Shown here: piece by piece, positions 46,089-55,093 of the stretch
How the letters are laid out: every line of letters starts with the position of its first letter
Numbering within the stretch: the first letter of the stretch is position 1
Assembly: GCA_964622075.1 (NCBI GenBank)
Contig: CAZUMR010000062.1
Coordinates: 6,886 to 70,885 of the forward strand
Reading direction: 5' to 3'
From: an uncultured archaeon
GTDB lineage: Archaea > Halobacteriota > Archaeoglobi > Archaeoglobales > Archaeoglobaceae
DNA: 64,000 bases
The notes under the pieces: generated by a model
Database searches by the model: none
Told to the model about the DNA's origin: nothing
The model's input: only the letters and a program-made list of their open reading frames with translations
Program-made: the position numbers and the translations under genes

Positions 46089-48320
46089 CTACTTCTTTTT
46101 CTTTATGACTTCTGTAAAGCTGACCCACCTTCTCGTCATTACCACAGTCTTTGAAGTTCTTTTGACGACCTTCTCCGGGAACAGTCCGAGCAGGAAGTTC
46201 TTTAAGAACGGTCTGTTTGAAGCTCCCAGCATTACCAGATCGTGATTGCTTGCCTCTCTTGCTATTGCATTCACCGGGTTGGAGGACACAACAAACTTCT
46301 CAAGGACGTTTAATCCTTCAAGTGGCTGCCTCGTCTCTTTAAACACTTTTTCAGCAAGACTCCTGTCTTCTTCACTCCTTCCGACGTACATTAGCGTTAT
46401 AACTCCATTTCTGGCAAAATCTCTTGCAAGTTCAGCGGCAAGCACTGCGTGAGGACCTCCAGCAGTCGGTATCAGCACCTTGCATCTGTCACTCCACTCA
46501 TGAGTCTCCCCGACCTCAAACCTGACAACAGCCACATCGCATCTGGCTCTCACAAGAACGGGATCTATCGTGCTTCCAAGAACAAAGTCCTTTCTGAAAG
46601 TTCTGCCTCTCCATCCCATTATCAGCAGATCTGGCTTTATTTCTTCCACGGCGTTAAGTATTGCTTCAGCATTTCTGTGGCCTATCTTTATCACACCACC
46701 GCTTGGAACCCTGAGCTCCTCCATGACCTGTTTCAGGAACTCCTTTGCAGCTTTCACGTACTTGGTTCCGGCAGATAGCGGTGTCTGCTCCGGAACTGTT
46801 ACAACGTTCAGCAGTATTACCTCTCCCCCTCTTGATCTCGCTATTGTTTCTGCGAATCTGGCGAGTTTGCTTGCCATTACCGGATTGGCAACGGGCACGA
46901 GAACCTTGAACCTCTCTTCCACCGGCCTTTCCTCGTAAATTGTGCGCACTTCCTCCTCCATCCTCTTTCCAATTTCCCTCTTGGAGTACGTGGCGTATAT
47001 CATGTAGCCAAAGAGCATCCAGAATGCAGTTCCTCCAAGAACGAGATCTCCATGCTTGATCTCCGTTACAAGGAAGTAGCCTATTATGAGCTGAAGGATT
47101 ATTGCTGCTAACGGAGGCCATGGCATTGCCGGTACCTTGAAAGGTCTCCTTATGTCAGGTCTTCTGTATCTCAGAATTATCAGCACAACGTTTACGAGGA
47201 TGAAGAGGATAAGGAACATTATGTCCGCAGCCGTTGCCACAACCTCTATCGGCAGAACTGCCATGGTTGCTATTATTGAATAGCTGAATAGTGTTGCAAG
47301 GTGGGGTGTTCTGTTCTTATCGTGAATCTTCGCAAGAAAAGAGGGTAGATAGCTATCTCTTCCCATGGCAAAAGCAACTCTTGAGGAAGAGTATATCGTT
47401 GCATTCATTGCACTTATTGTCGAAATCAGACCGCCAAGGATAATCAAAAATCCGCCGAACGGCATTATCTGGTCTGCTACCTTTATCAGTCCGAACTCCT
47501 TAAGCTTGCCAAGATACATCCAGCTTGGAATGTTCGTTTTTACAGCTCCAATTGCGGCAAATGCTACGAGGATGTAAATCGAAACTGAAACCCAGAGAGC
47601 AAGCACGACAGCTCTTGGGATGTTTTTCTCGGGCTCTTTTACTTCCTCACCGCTCTGAACGATAATGTCGTAGCCTTCAAAGGCGATGTACGTCAGACCC
47701 ATGGCAGCCAGAACTCCAACGAATCCGTGAGGGAAGAATGAGGGCGTTGTGAATGCTTTAATCCAGTCAGGTCTTTTGAAAGTTGCGTAAAGGCCGAAAA
47801 TTATGAAGATGACGAGAATCACAAGTTTTGCTACAGTAACGAACCCTCCTACTCTTCCACTCTCCTTTACTCCTCTATAGTTGATGTATGCAAGTAATGT
47901 GACTATTGCTACCGAGTAGATCTTGGCGAGTAAAGCCTGTGGGAATGGCAGGCCTTTAGTAAGCTCTGACAGGAAAGCTCCAAAAGTTACTGCGTAAAGT
48001 GAGCAGGCTATACACTGTGCAGTCCAGCAGCACCAGCCCGAAAGAAAGCCAAAGAATCCGCCCATTGCCTCCTTTACCCATGGATACGCTCCCCCAGCCT
48101 CTGGCATGGCAGAACCGAGTTCAGCGTAAGCGAGGCTCGTCAGTGTTGCCACGACACCGTTCAGAAAGAAGGCGATTAGCAGGGCAGGCCCGGCAATCCC
48201 TGCTGCTATGCCGGTGAGGGCGAAAATACCCGCACCGATCATAGCGGCTATACCGAGCATCGTTATGTCGAACAGTCCGAGTTCTCTGCTCAGACTAACT
48301 TCTATGTTACCAGACGACAC
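46089..48320 (-). CDS. APC-family amino acid permease fused to two universal stress protein (UspA) domains
   Basis: About 12 TM helices in the N-terminal 450 aa, then two Usp-like repeats (VLVPVAN...LLIMGWRG; VLIPTAGG...LVMLGAS). GTG start. Confidence 0.8.
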   Translation of the reverse strand: MSSGNIEVSLSRELGLFDITMLGIAAMIGAGIFALTGIAAGIAGPALLIAFFLNGVVATLTSLAYAELGSAMPEAGGAYPWVKEAMGGFFGFLSGWCCWTAQCIACSLYAVTFGAFLSELTKGLPFPQALLAKIYSVAIVTLLAYINYRGVKESGRVGGFVTVAKLVILVIFIIFGLYATFKRPDWIKAFTTPSFFPHGFVGVLAAMGLTYIAFEGYDIIVQSGEEVKEPEKNIPRAVVLALWVSVSIYILVAFAAIGAVKTNIPSWMYLGKLKEFGLIKVADQIMPFGGFLIILGGLISTISAMNATIYSSSRVAFAMGRDSYLPSFLAKIHDKNRTPHLATLFSYSIIATMAVLPIEVVATAADIMFLILFILVNVVLIILRYRRPDIRRPFKVPAMPWPPLAAIILQLIIGYFLVTEIKHGDLVLGGTAFWMLFGYMIYATYSKREIGKRMEEEVRTIYEERPVEERFKVLVPVANPVMASKLARFAETIARSRGGEVILLNVVTVPEQTPLSAGTKYVKAAKEFLKQVMEELRVPSGGVIKIGHRNAEAILNAVEEIKPDLLIMGWRGRTFRKDFVLGSTIDPVLVRARCDVAVVRFEVGETHEWSDRCKVLIPTAGGPHAVLAAELARDFARNGVITLMYVGRSEEDRSLAEKVFKETRQPLEGLNVLEKFVVSSNPVNAIAREASNHDLVMLGASNRPFLKNFLLGLFPEKVVKRTSKTVVMTRRWVSFTEVIKKKK

Positions 48321-48423
48321 TTTGGGGCTTGATGCCTCTCGTTTTAAAAACCTGTATGGTTCTGTGAGATGTGTAAGGACGATATGCCGTTACGATAAAA
48401 ACGGAATTTAAAAAAATAGGAAT

Positions 48424-48492
48424 CCCCCATTCCAGCGGGGAAAAGCCAGCGGTTCCGGGAGGTGCTGGTAATGCCGAAGCCGGAATGGAGGG
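48424..48492. other. GC-rich stem-internal loop-stem element in an AT-rich spacer (candidate structured RNA, strand unresolved)
   Basis: 48424-48436 pairs with 48479-48492 (12 bp, one bulge and one mismatch). 48445-48450 pairs with 48464-48469. T-runs flank the element on both strands. Confidence 0.3.
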
Positions 48493-48602
48493 ATGACTCC
48501 TGAGCTTCTCGCGTGAGTCTCAGTTTAAATTTTTTGCTGCTAACCTGTTAAGAGTTTCAAAACATTCCCTCAGGATTTCGATTCTTTAAAACTGGCATAA
48601 AA

Positions 48603-49640
48603 TTAAACACCGTACAGCTTGTAACAGCCTGAACATTCTTCTGGTGGTGGATTCTCTTCAAGAACTCTGTCAAACTCTTTCAGCATTTTAATGGCTGAAA
48701 AAGGACTTGAGCACATCAGTTTTTCGAAGGTGGCGTTGTATGAGACAATTCTTTTTCTGAAATGTTCTCTGAAATTTTCGAGCTCTATCCAAGCTTTTTT
48801 ACTTGAAAAATTTCCAAATTTCCGGGTTTTAACGCTTATTGTTCTTCCCTCAAAAAGCCTCGTGATTCTTTCAAAAGGCAGGGCAAGGTATATGCACGGA
48901 TAAACGTTGCCCTCGCAGGATATGGCCACATTCATGTGGGGATTGGCCTCGCAAACTGCCTGTTCTTCAGGTTTTAGAGGATATGCCTTTACTCTGATGT
49001 TCAGCTTTCTTGCCAGCTTTTTCGCTTTATCAAGCTCTTTTTCTACCAATTCTGATTCCTTTTTTCCAAATACTCTCAGTTTATCTGTTGTTTCGTCAAA
49101 TACATAATCAAGATTTGTGAATGCTATGTATTCAACACCTGCATTGCCTGATAGCCTTACGAATTCCGTGCACTCTCTCCAGCTCTCTTCAGTCAGCATG
49201 TAGCTCACACCAATCCTGACCTTCCCTCCCTCACTTCTCTTAACTTCTGAAACAGCTTCAACACCCTCCATGGCAACATCAAAGCTAACTCCTCTCAATC
49301 CTGAATTGACTCCGGAAAAAGATACAAGCAGATAATCCGTATGCCTGGTAATGAGTTCTGCAAATTTTTTTAGCTTTCTTCCGTTCGTGGTAAATCCTGT
49401 TTTTCCTGTTTTTGCCTTTTTCTCCGCAATTAACAGCATTTCTTCAAAATCCGGATGAAGGAGTGGTTCTCCCCATCCCTGAAGGTAAACGACATCGTAA
49501 TTTGGAAACAGATCTGAAAGCTTCTTAAAAACGTCCAGACTCATTTTTCCGCCCATCTTCCACTTTCTGTGCGGACACATTATGCATTTTTCCATGCAGT
49601 CTCTTGTTATCTCCACCTGAATGTATCTCATCGCCCTCAA
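48603..49640 (-). CDS. radical SAM enzyme with C-terminal SPASM/twitch-like Cys-rich domain
   Basis: CMEKCIMC (CX3CX2C) near the N-terminus. CEANPHMNVAISCEGNVYPC and CSGC in the C-terminal part. Confidence 0.75.
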   Translation of the reverse strand: MRAMRYIQVEITRDCMEKCIMCPHRKWKMGGKMSLDVFKKLSDLFPNYDVVYLQGWGEPLLHPDFEEMLLIAEKKAKTGKTGFTTNGRKLKKFAELITRHTDYLLVSFSGVNSGLRGVSFDVAMEGVEAVSEVKRSEGGKVRIGVSYMLTEESWRECTEFVRLSGNAGVEYIAFTNLDYVFDETTDKLRVFGKKESELVEKELDKAKKLARKLNIRVKAYPLKPEEQAVCEANPHMNVAISCEGNVYPCIYLALPFERITRLFEGRTISVKTRKFGNFSSKKAWIELENFREHFRKRIVSYNATFEKLMCSSPFSAIKMLKEFDRVLEENPPPEECSGCYKLYGV

Positions 49641-49702
49641 ACTGCAACTTCAATCGAAAACGTAAAAATCTACTCCTTCTAACTTTTCCTGAGGTGATAA
49701 CT

Positions 49703-49957
49703 GTGGGAGAGAAAGTCAGGGATAGGGAACATCACGAGAGACTTTTTAAAGCAGCTCTAAATCCTTTAAGAAGGAAAATCGTTGCCTGTATTGGCGTTCA
49801 GGGAAAGACGAGGGAGGAGGTAAAAAAGGAGCTTGGACTGACGGACTTCCAGCTGAAGTTTAACGTCGATTACCTGATACAGCAGGGATTTGTCGTTGAG
49901 GAGGACGGTAAGCTGAAGCTGACTGATGACGGTATTGAGCTGCTTGAAGCAGGTTAA
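49703..49957 (+). CDS. small winged-helix (ArsR-like) transcriptional regulator
   Basis: LNPLRRKIVACIG...TREEVKKELGLTDFQLKFNVDYLIQQGFV. GTG at 49703 after GAGGTGAT. The track ORF start at 49604 overlaps the rSAM gene and is unlikely. Confidence 0.5.
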   Translation: MGEKVRDREHHERLFKAALNPLRRKIVACIGVQGKTREEVKKELGLTDFQLKFNVDYLIQQGFVVEEDGKLKLTDDGIELLEAG

Positions 49958-49985
49958 TTGCTAGTTAAATTATTGCTGCTAAAAA

Positions 49986-51197
49986 TTATGGAATTCCAAG
50001 GATGTAGGCGGTTAAAGAAACGGCGACTATCGCAATTACTGGCGGTATCAGATATCTGTAAACCTTTGATGCATCTGCGTGGAAGTACTCGCATGTTAGG
50101 GCGAAGCACAGGTGCATAGGTGAAAGCATTACACCACAGAACCCTCCGGCTATAACGAGCATGAGCCTTGAGGGTATTAACGAGCTGCCCATTCCGGTGA
50201 ATGCTGTGAGCAGTGGCAGTGCTACAGATGAATAGCTCAGCTCTATTCCGGTTGCAAATCCGACGAGAAAGGCAACGGCGAAAGAAGCTGCAAATGCGGG
50301 AATTCCAAACTCCTTTAGGTGAGTGAAGAATATTTTTGCTGAATTTGTGTACTCTATAAGGGCCTTGTATCCCATGACTGCGAATATGAGCACGATTATC
50401 TTTGGATCGAGTGTCTTCTTCAGTATTGCGTAAACATCTCTTGGTTTTGCCCTTCTGTGCAGGTAAACTATTGCTATGGCAACAATCAGCGTGTACAGCA
50501 TGCTCGTCTTCAAAAATAGCACGAATATTGCCACGAAAGCTATTGGATAGAACGATTTGAGCATTTCAAGTATAGACTTAAAATCGAAGGAAAAGAAGCC
50601 CTTTCTGAGCACCCCAAGCTTTATTGCACTCAGAATTGCAGTTAAAAACGCAGCAGCTCCAACTATCCAGCAGGACTCGGCAATTCTGGCTGGACTGACT
50701 TCCACTACTGCTGTTGCTATTATTATGCTCGGGTACAGTGGCCAGACAGTTACCCAGACGTGCCTGAACCAGTAATTGATAAAAGTAGACTCTTCGGGAG
50801 TCAGGGAATACTTTTTAACGAGATTTCTTATCATAACGGCAGAAACGAGAGCTCCTCCCGGCATTGGTAATAATCCGACAAGTAACGGAAGTAAAGCCAC
50901 GCTGAATTTGTGCGTTATTCTTTCAGCAGCCTTTTGCAATTCCTCGAAAAGCCCGAGGTACTCCATCGAGTATCCGAGTGTGAATGCGGCTATAACGAGG
51001 CAGACAATTCTTAAAGTCTCCGGTGAAACTGCTGAGAGTGTCAGAACTTCTATTGACCTGACACCAACACTGAGAATGCCAAGGGTAAAAGCTCCTGCAA
51101 GTATTGACAGGCATATAGTTACACCCTTCCTTATCAGCAGCAGTATAACCGCTATGGATATTATTAATGCGAGGGAAGGATCGAGTATGAATTTCAT
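49986..51197 (-). CDS. polytopic membrane transporter-like protein (possibly DUF401 / ion-transporter superfamily)
   Basis: About 11-12 TM helices. I prefer the ATG at 51197 (MKFILDPS). Confidence 0.5.
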   Translation of the reverse strand: MKFILDPSLALIISIAVILLLIRKGVTICLSILAGAFTLGILSVGVRSIEVLTLSAVSPETLRIVCLVIAAFTLGYSMEYLGLFEELQKAAERITHKFSVALLPLLVGLLPMPGGALVSAVMIRNLVKKYSLTPEESTFINYWFRHVWVTVWPLYPSIIIATAVVEVSPARIAESCWIVGAAAFLTAILSAIKLGVLRKGFFSFDFKSILEMLKSFYPIAFVAIFVLFLKTSMLYTLIVAIAIVYLHRRAKPRDVYAILKKTLDPKIIVLIFAVMGYKALIEYTNSAKIFFTHLKEFGIPAFAASFAVAFLVGFATGIELSYSSVALPLLTAFTGMGSSLIPSRLMLVIAGGFCGVMLSPMHLCFALTCEYFHADASKVYRYLIPPVIAIVAVSLTAYILGIP

Positions 51198-51255
51198 GTG
51201 TCTGCAGAAAACGACGATTGCATAAACTTTTTTACCATGCTGACATTCGAATTTC

Positions 51256-52056
51256 ATGGACACAGAGGATATAAGGGTGGCAGTGCTGAGAATAGAGGGC
51301 ACCAACTGCGAGGACGAAACTGTCAGAGCTTTTAGGGAGTGTGGCGTTTTTGCAGAAGCAGTTCACCTGAAGCAATTTTACAGCGACACGATAAGGGATG
51401 AGGAGCAGAGGACTTTTAGTGATTACACGTGCATCGTTTTTCCCGGTGGTTTTTCTGCAGGGGATTACGTTAGAGCGGGAGCAATCTTTTCTGCAAGACT
51501 TAAAAGCGTTCTAAGAAGAGATCTTGAAGAATTTATAAAGAGCGGGTATCCAGTTCTCGGAATCTGCAATGGCTTTCAGGTTCTGGCTGAACTTGGAGCG
51601 CTTCCGGGTTTTGATGAAGATAAACCCATTGCTGATAAACCTGAAATGGCTCTTGCAATAAACGACTCCTGCAGGTTTGAGTGCAGGAACTCCTATCTCA
51701 GACACGAAAACAGGGGGAAGTGCGTTTTTACGTGGAAAATAGGCAGGGGTGAGGTTGTAACGTATCCAGTAGCTCACGCTGAGGGTAAGGTAACTTTTCC
51801 TACTGACAGGGAGCAGGAGTACATTGATCTGCTGAAAGCGAACGATCAGATAGTTTTCAGATACGTTGATGGCAGCGGAAATTACTCTGGCTATCCGTGG
51901 AATCCCAACGGCAGTGTTTACAACATAGCAGGGATATGCAATGTTAGCGGAAACGTTCTTGGAATGATGCCGCATCCGGAGAGAGCTTACTGGTATCCAA
52001 ACACCCAGGGCAGAGCTCTGTTTGAGAGCGTGGTTGAGTACATGAAGAAGCTTTAG
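51256..52056 (+). CDS. purQ: phosphoribosylformylglycinamidine synthase subunit PurQ (glutaminase)
   Basis: VAVLRIEGTNCEDE, GICNGFQ (catalytic Cys) and MMPHPER motifs. Confidence 0.85.
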   Translation: MDTEDIRVAVLRIEGTNCEDETVRAFRECGVFAEAVHLKQFYSDTIRDEEQRTFSDYTCIVFPGGFSAGDYVRAGAIFSARLKSVLRRDLEEFIKSGYPVLGICNGFQVLAELGALPGFDEDKPIADKPEMALAINDSCRFECRNSYLRHENRGKCVFTWKIGRGEVVTYPVAHAEGKVTFPTDREQEYIDLLKANDQIVFRYVDGSGNYSGYPWNPNGSVYNIAGICNVSGNVLGMMPHPERAYWYPNTQGRALFESVVEYMKKL

Positions 52057-52091
52057 CTGCAGATGTATCCGGACATCAGAATAGCGGGTAT

Positions 52092-52895
52092 ATGGTGAGT
52101 CAGAACTTCGTTATTTATGGGAAAGTAACGCTGGTAGATCTGCTTACGTTTCTTGCAACGGTAGCCGTGGCCATCCTTATAGCCACGTTCGTCAGAATAA
52201 GACTCAGGCTCTACCTTGGAGACAGGTTGCCCAAGGACATCCTTGATCTGCTGCTGAAGGTCGTTTACTATTCGATAATCATTATAGCTGTCCTTTCAGT
52301 CCTGCCCCGGATTGGTATAAGCCTCTCAGGTCTGTTTGTTGCAGGAGGTATAGCCGGGCTTGTAATAGGTTTTGCCAGTCAGAGTGTTGTCTCCAACCTT
52401 GTTTCTGGGTTGTTTATCATGTTCGAGAGACCTGTGAAAATAGGTGATCAGGTAGAAGTTGATGGTGTTTCCGGATTTGTTGAGGATATACACGTGATGT
52501 CAACTGTTATAAGGACGTACGATGGTATATTCGTGAGAATACCAAACGATAAGGTGTTCACGACTAAAATCGTTAATTACGTTGCAAATCCTGTGAGGAG
52601 GTTTGAGTACACTGTTGGAATCAGCTATTCCGATGATGCTGAAAAGGCGATAGAGGTTATAAGAAGGGTAATAGATGAGGAGCCGTTTGCTCTAAAGTAT
52701 CCGGAACCCCAGATTTTCGTGAAGGAACTGGGAGATAGCAGCGTTAACCTGACAGTCAGGATATGGGCACCCGTACAGGTGTGGTACGGTGTCAGAATGA
52801 AGCTGCTCTGGAAAATAAAGGTGGAACTTGAGAAAGCAGGCATAGAAATTCCGTTCCCGCAGAGAGTTATCTGGTTTGGAGATGATGAGAAGTAA
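52092..52895 (+). CDS. mscS: small-conductance mechanosensitive channel MscS family
   Basis: Three TM helices followed by the MscS beta-domain sequence (FERPVKIGDQVEVDGVSGFVEDI). Confidence 0.85.
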   Translation: MVSQNFVIYGKVTLVDLLTFLATVAVAILIATFVRIRLRLYLGDRLPKDILDLLLKVVYYSIIIIAVLSVLPRIGISLSGLFVAGGIAGLVIGFASQSVVSNLVSGLFIMFERPVKIGDQVEVDGVSGFVEDIHVMSTVIRTYDGIFVRIPNDKVFTTKIVNYVANPVRRFEYTVGISYSDDAEKAIEVIRRVIDEEPFALKYPEPQIFVKELGDSSVNLTVRIWAPVQVWYGVRMKLLWKIKVELEKAGIEIPFPQRVIWFGDDEK

Positions 52896-53019
52896 ATAAT
52901 GAGTAGTTAAAATCGCTTGATTAAATCTGTAATCCTTTAGATTTGCTTGAGTGAGCGTAACAGTGTTTGATGGAATAAAGTGTAAAACCAAAAAACAAAA
53001 ATAAACAGGACTGAGTGTA

Positions 53020-53526
53020 ATGTCAGGTGATAGCCTGAACGACGTCGAAAAGCTCTTCCTCCACAGGAAAACTGTAGATGTCCTGCTGAACATACTTGAG
53101 GCGGAAGAGAAGGGAGAAGCTGTGTATCCCCTTTCCATCTCAAAGAGCGTCGGCTCTCCTTACAGCTACGTTTCAAAGGTGCTGAGTGAACTTGAAAACA
53201 ATGCGATAGTTGAGAGTGAGTACTCCGGCAGGACGAGAATAGTCAGGCTGACCAAGGATGGCAGAGAGCTTGCAGAGAAGTTCAGGGAGCTCAGGTCTGA
53301 GCTGTCAAAAGATTTTATATCGAGAAAGAAGCTTTCAATAATTAAAAGTTTTATAGAAAAGTATGAAGAAATGGAGCTGGAGGGAGAGGAACAATTCTTT
53401 GCCTACATGCCCATAAAATTCGAGCTTGAATCTCTGCTTGATTATCTTGAGGAAAGAGATCCTGAGGCCTTTAAATTTGCTTCCGAGCTTTTGGAGTTTG
53501 TCTCCAAAAAACTTGAGACCGGATAA
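53020..53526 (+). CDS. winged-helix transcriptional regulator with acidic C-terminal helical extension
   Basis: A wHTH-like segment (YPLSISKSVGSPYSYVSKVLSELENNAIVE...RIVRLTKDG). Confidence 0.5.
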   Translation: MSGDSLNDVEKLFLHRKTVDVLLNILEAEEKGEAVYPLSISKSVGSPYSYVSKVLSELENNAIVESEYSGRTRIVRLTKDGRELAEKFRELRSELSKDFISRKKLSIIKSFIEKYEEMELEGEEQFFAYMPIKFELESLLDYLEERDPEAFKFASELLEFVSKKLETG

Positions 53527-53635
53527 TTCTGCCAATCTGAAGTTTTGTGATCGAACATTCGAGACATAACTGCAAATTATTCTCCAAATCCTTTAAATCT
53601 TGAAAAACTTTAACACAATCGTGGGAGTGAAGGGA

Positions 53636-54847
53636 ATGAATGAGGATATGAAAGAAGTGTGTGAACTTGTTGAGAGATACAGAAATGAGATGGTGGAAAC
53701 TCTCTGTGATTTGATCAGGATAAAAGCCATCGGTCCTGATAACGGTGGAGAAGGTGAGTATGATAGAGCCGTTTACATTCAGAAAAAACTTGAAAGCTGG
53801 GGTTTCGAAGTTGAGAGATACGATGCCGTTGATGAAAGGGCAAAGGGTGGGATTAGACCGAACATCACGGTCAAACTTGGGGAGGGGAAGAGGAGAATCT
53901 GGATCGTAACGCACATGGACGTCGTTCCTGAGGGTGACGTATCTCTCTGGAGGACTCCACCTTTTGAACCGGTCGTTAAGGATGGGAGAGTTTACGGTAG
54001 AGGTAGCGAGGATAACACTCAGCCTCTCGTTTCTTCCATGTTCGCTTTGAGAGCACTTAAAGAGCTGGGACTGGAATATCCTGTTTGCCTTGCTTTTGTC
54101 AGTGATGAGGAGACGGGTAGCAAGTACGGTATAAGGTATCTGCTGAACTGCGGGATTTTCAGGGAAGGTGATCTGTTTATAGTTCCGGATGCTGGGAACT
54201 CAAGAGGTGATTGCATAGAGGTTGCTGAAAAAAGCATACTCTGGCTTAAATTTGTGGTTGAGGGTATCCAAGCTCACGCAAGCATGACCCATCTTGCTGT
54301 AAACGCATCAAGAGAGGCCATGAAATTCCTGCTGAAGCTTGATTCGGTTTTACATTCCGAGTTTTCCAGAAAAAACGACTTGTTTATTCCGCCTGAGTCA
54401 ACTTTTGAACCGACAAAAAGGGAGAAGAACGTTGACAACGTTAATACAATCCCGGGTGTGGACGTTAGCTACTTTGACTGCCGAGTACTTCCGGAGTACT
54501 CTGTGGATTCAGTTCTGAAAGTTGTGGACAGGACTGTTTCAGAGTTCTTAAGTGAGAGCAAGGCAAAGGTGAGTTACGAAGTTGTGCAGAGAGAGGAATC
54601 GCCTCCAACCCCTCCTGGTAGTGAGGTTGTTGAAATCCTTAAAAAAGCGATAAAGGCAGTTTCAAATGTCGATGCAAAACCAGTTGGATTTGGCGGGAAT
54701 ACGTGTGCCTCCTTTTTCAGAAAGGCAGGTTATGAAGCAGCTGTCTGGAGCACTGTGGATGGTACAGCTCATCAGCCAAATGAATACGCTGTCATAGATT
54801 ACATGGTAAAGGATGCAAAGGTGTTTGCGTGTTTACCTTTCGTCTAA
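53636..54847 (+). CDS. M20-family metallopeptidase (ArgE/DapE-like deacylase)
   Basis: THMDVVP, GRGSEDN and SDEETG metal-ligand motifs. The ATG at 53636 lies about 45 nt after a TATA-like CTTTAAAT. Confidence 0.8.
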   Translation: MNEDMKEVCELVERYRNEMVETLCDLIRIKAIGPDNGGEGEYDRAVYIQKKLESWGFEVERYDAVDERAKGGIRPNITVKLGEGKRRIWIVTHMDVVPEGDVSLWRTPPFEPVVKDGRVYGRGSEDNTQPLVSSMFALRALKELGLEYPVCLAFVSDEETGSKYGIRYLLNCGIFREGDLFIVPDAGNSRGDCIEVAEKSILWLKFVVEGIQAHASMTHLAVNASREAMKFLLKLDSVLHSEFSRKNDLFIPPESTFEPTKREKNVDNVNTIPGVDVSYFDCRVLPEYSVDSVLKVVDRTVSEFLSESKAKVSYEVVQREESPPTPPGSEVVEILKKAIKAVSNVDAKPVGFGGNTCASFFRKAGYEAAVWSTVDGTAHQPNEYAVIDYMVKDAKVFACLPFV

Positions 54848-54913
54848 TTATCTAATTTGGCTGTAATATTTAATCTCTATAATACAATTTTATTTTTATA
54901 TAATTTATCTTAA

Positions 54914-54998
54914 CATTGCATCCATTGCATCTTTAGCCTTTTGTCATTTCTACATCACATTCTGGTTGTATGCATATGCACCTGCATATGTACCTGCA
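54914..54998. repeat. tandem repeats upstream of the archaellin promoter
   Basis: CATTGCATC x2 (54914-54931). GCATATG(C/T)ACCT x2 plus a partial third copy (54972-55000). TACAT-like hexamers at 54951, 54975 (rc), 54987 (rc) and 55007. Confidence 0.8.
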
Positions 54999-55040
54999 TT
55001 TATTTCTACACTTTTTTTTACCATGTCAAGAACAAATAAC

Positions 55041-55050
55041 GTTTAAATAT
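55041..55050 (+). promoter_or_regulatory. TATA box of the archaellum operon
   Basis: GTTTAAATAT lies about 45-50 nt upstream of the arlB GTG, which is preceded by GGAGGTGAGG. Confidence 0.5.
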
Positions 55051-55093
55051 GGTAATAATAATAAGCATAATTGAAGAACGGAGGTGAGGTCGG

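Noticed and set aside
48424-48498. Interpretation of the stem-pocket-stem element as an archaeal H/ACA guide RNA
   Set aside because: The geometry is reminiscent of one (lower stem, internal loop, upper stem). However, no ACA/ANA box follows the lower stem on either strand (AUGA and AUU instead), and no K-turn or K-loop GA motif is visible in the upper stem.
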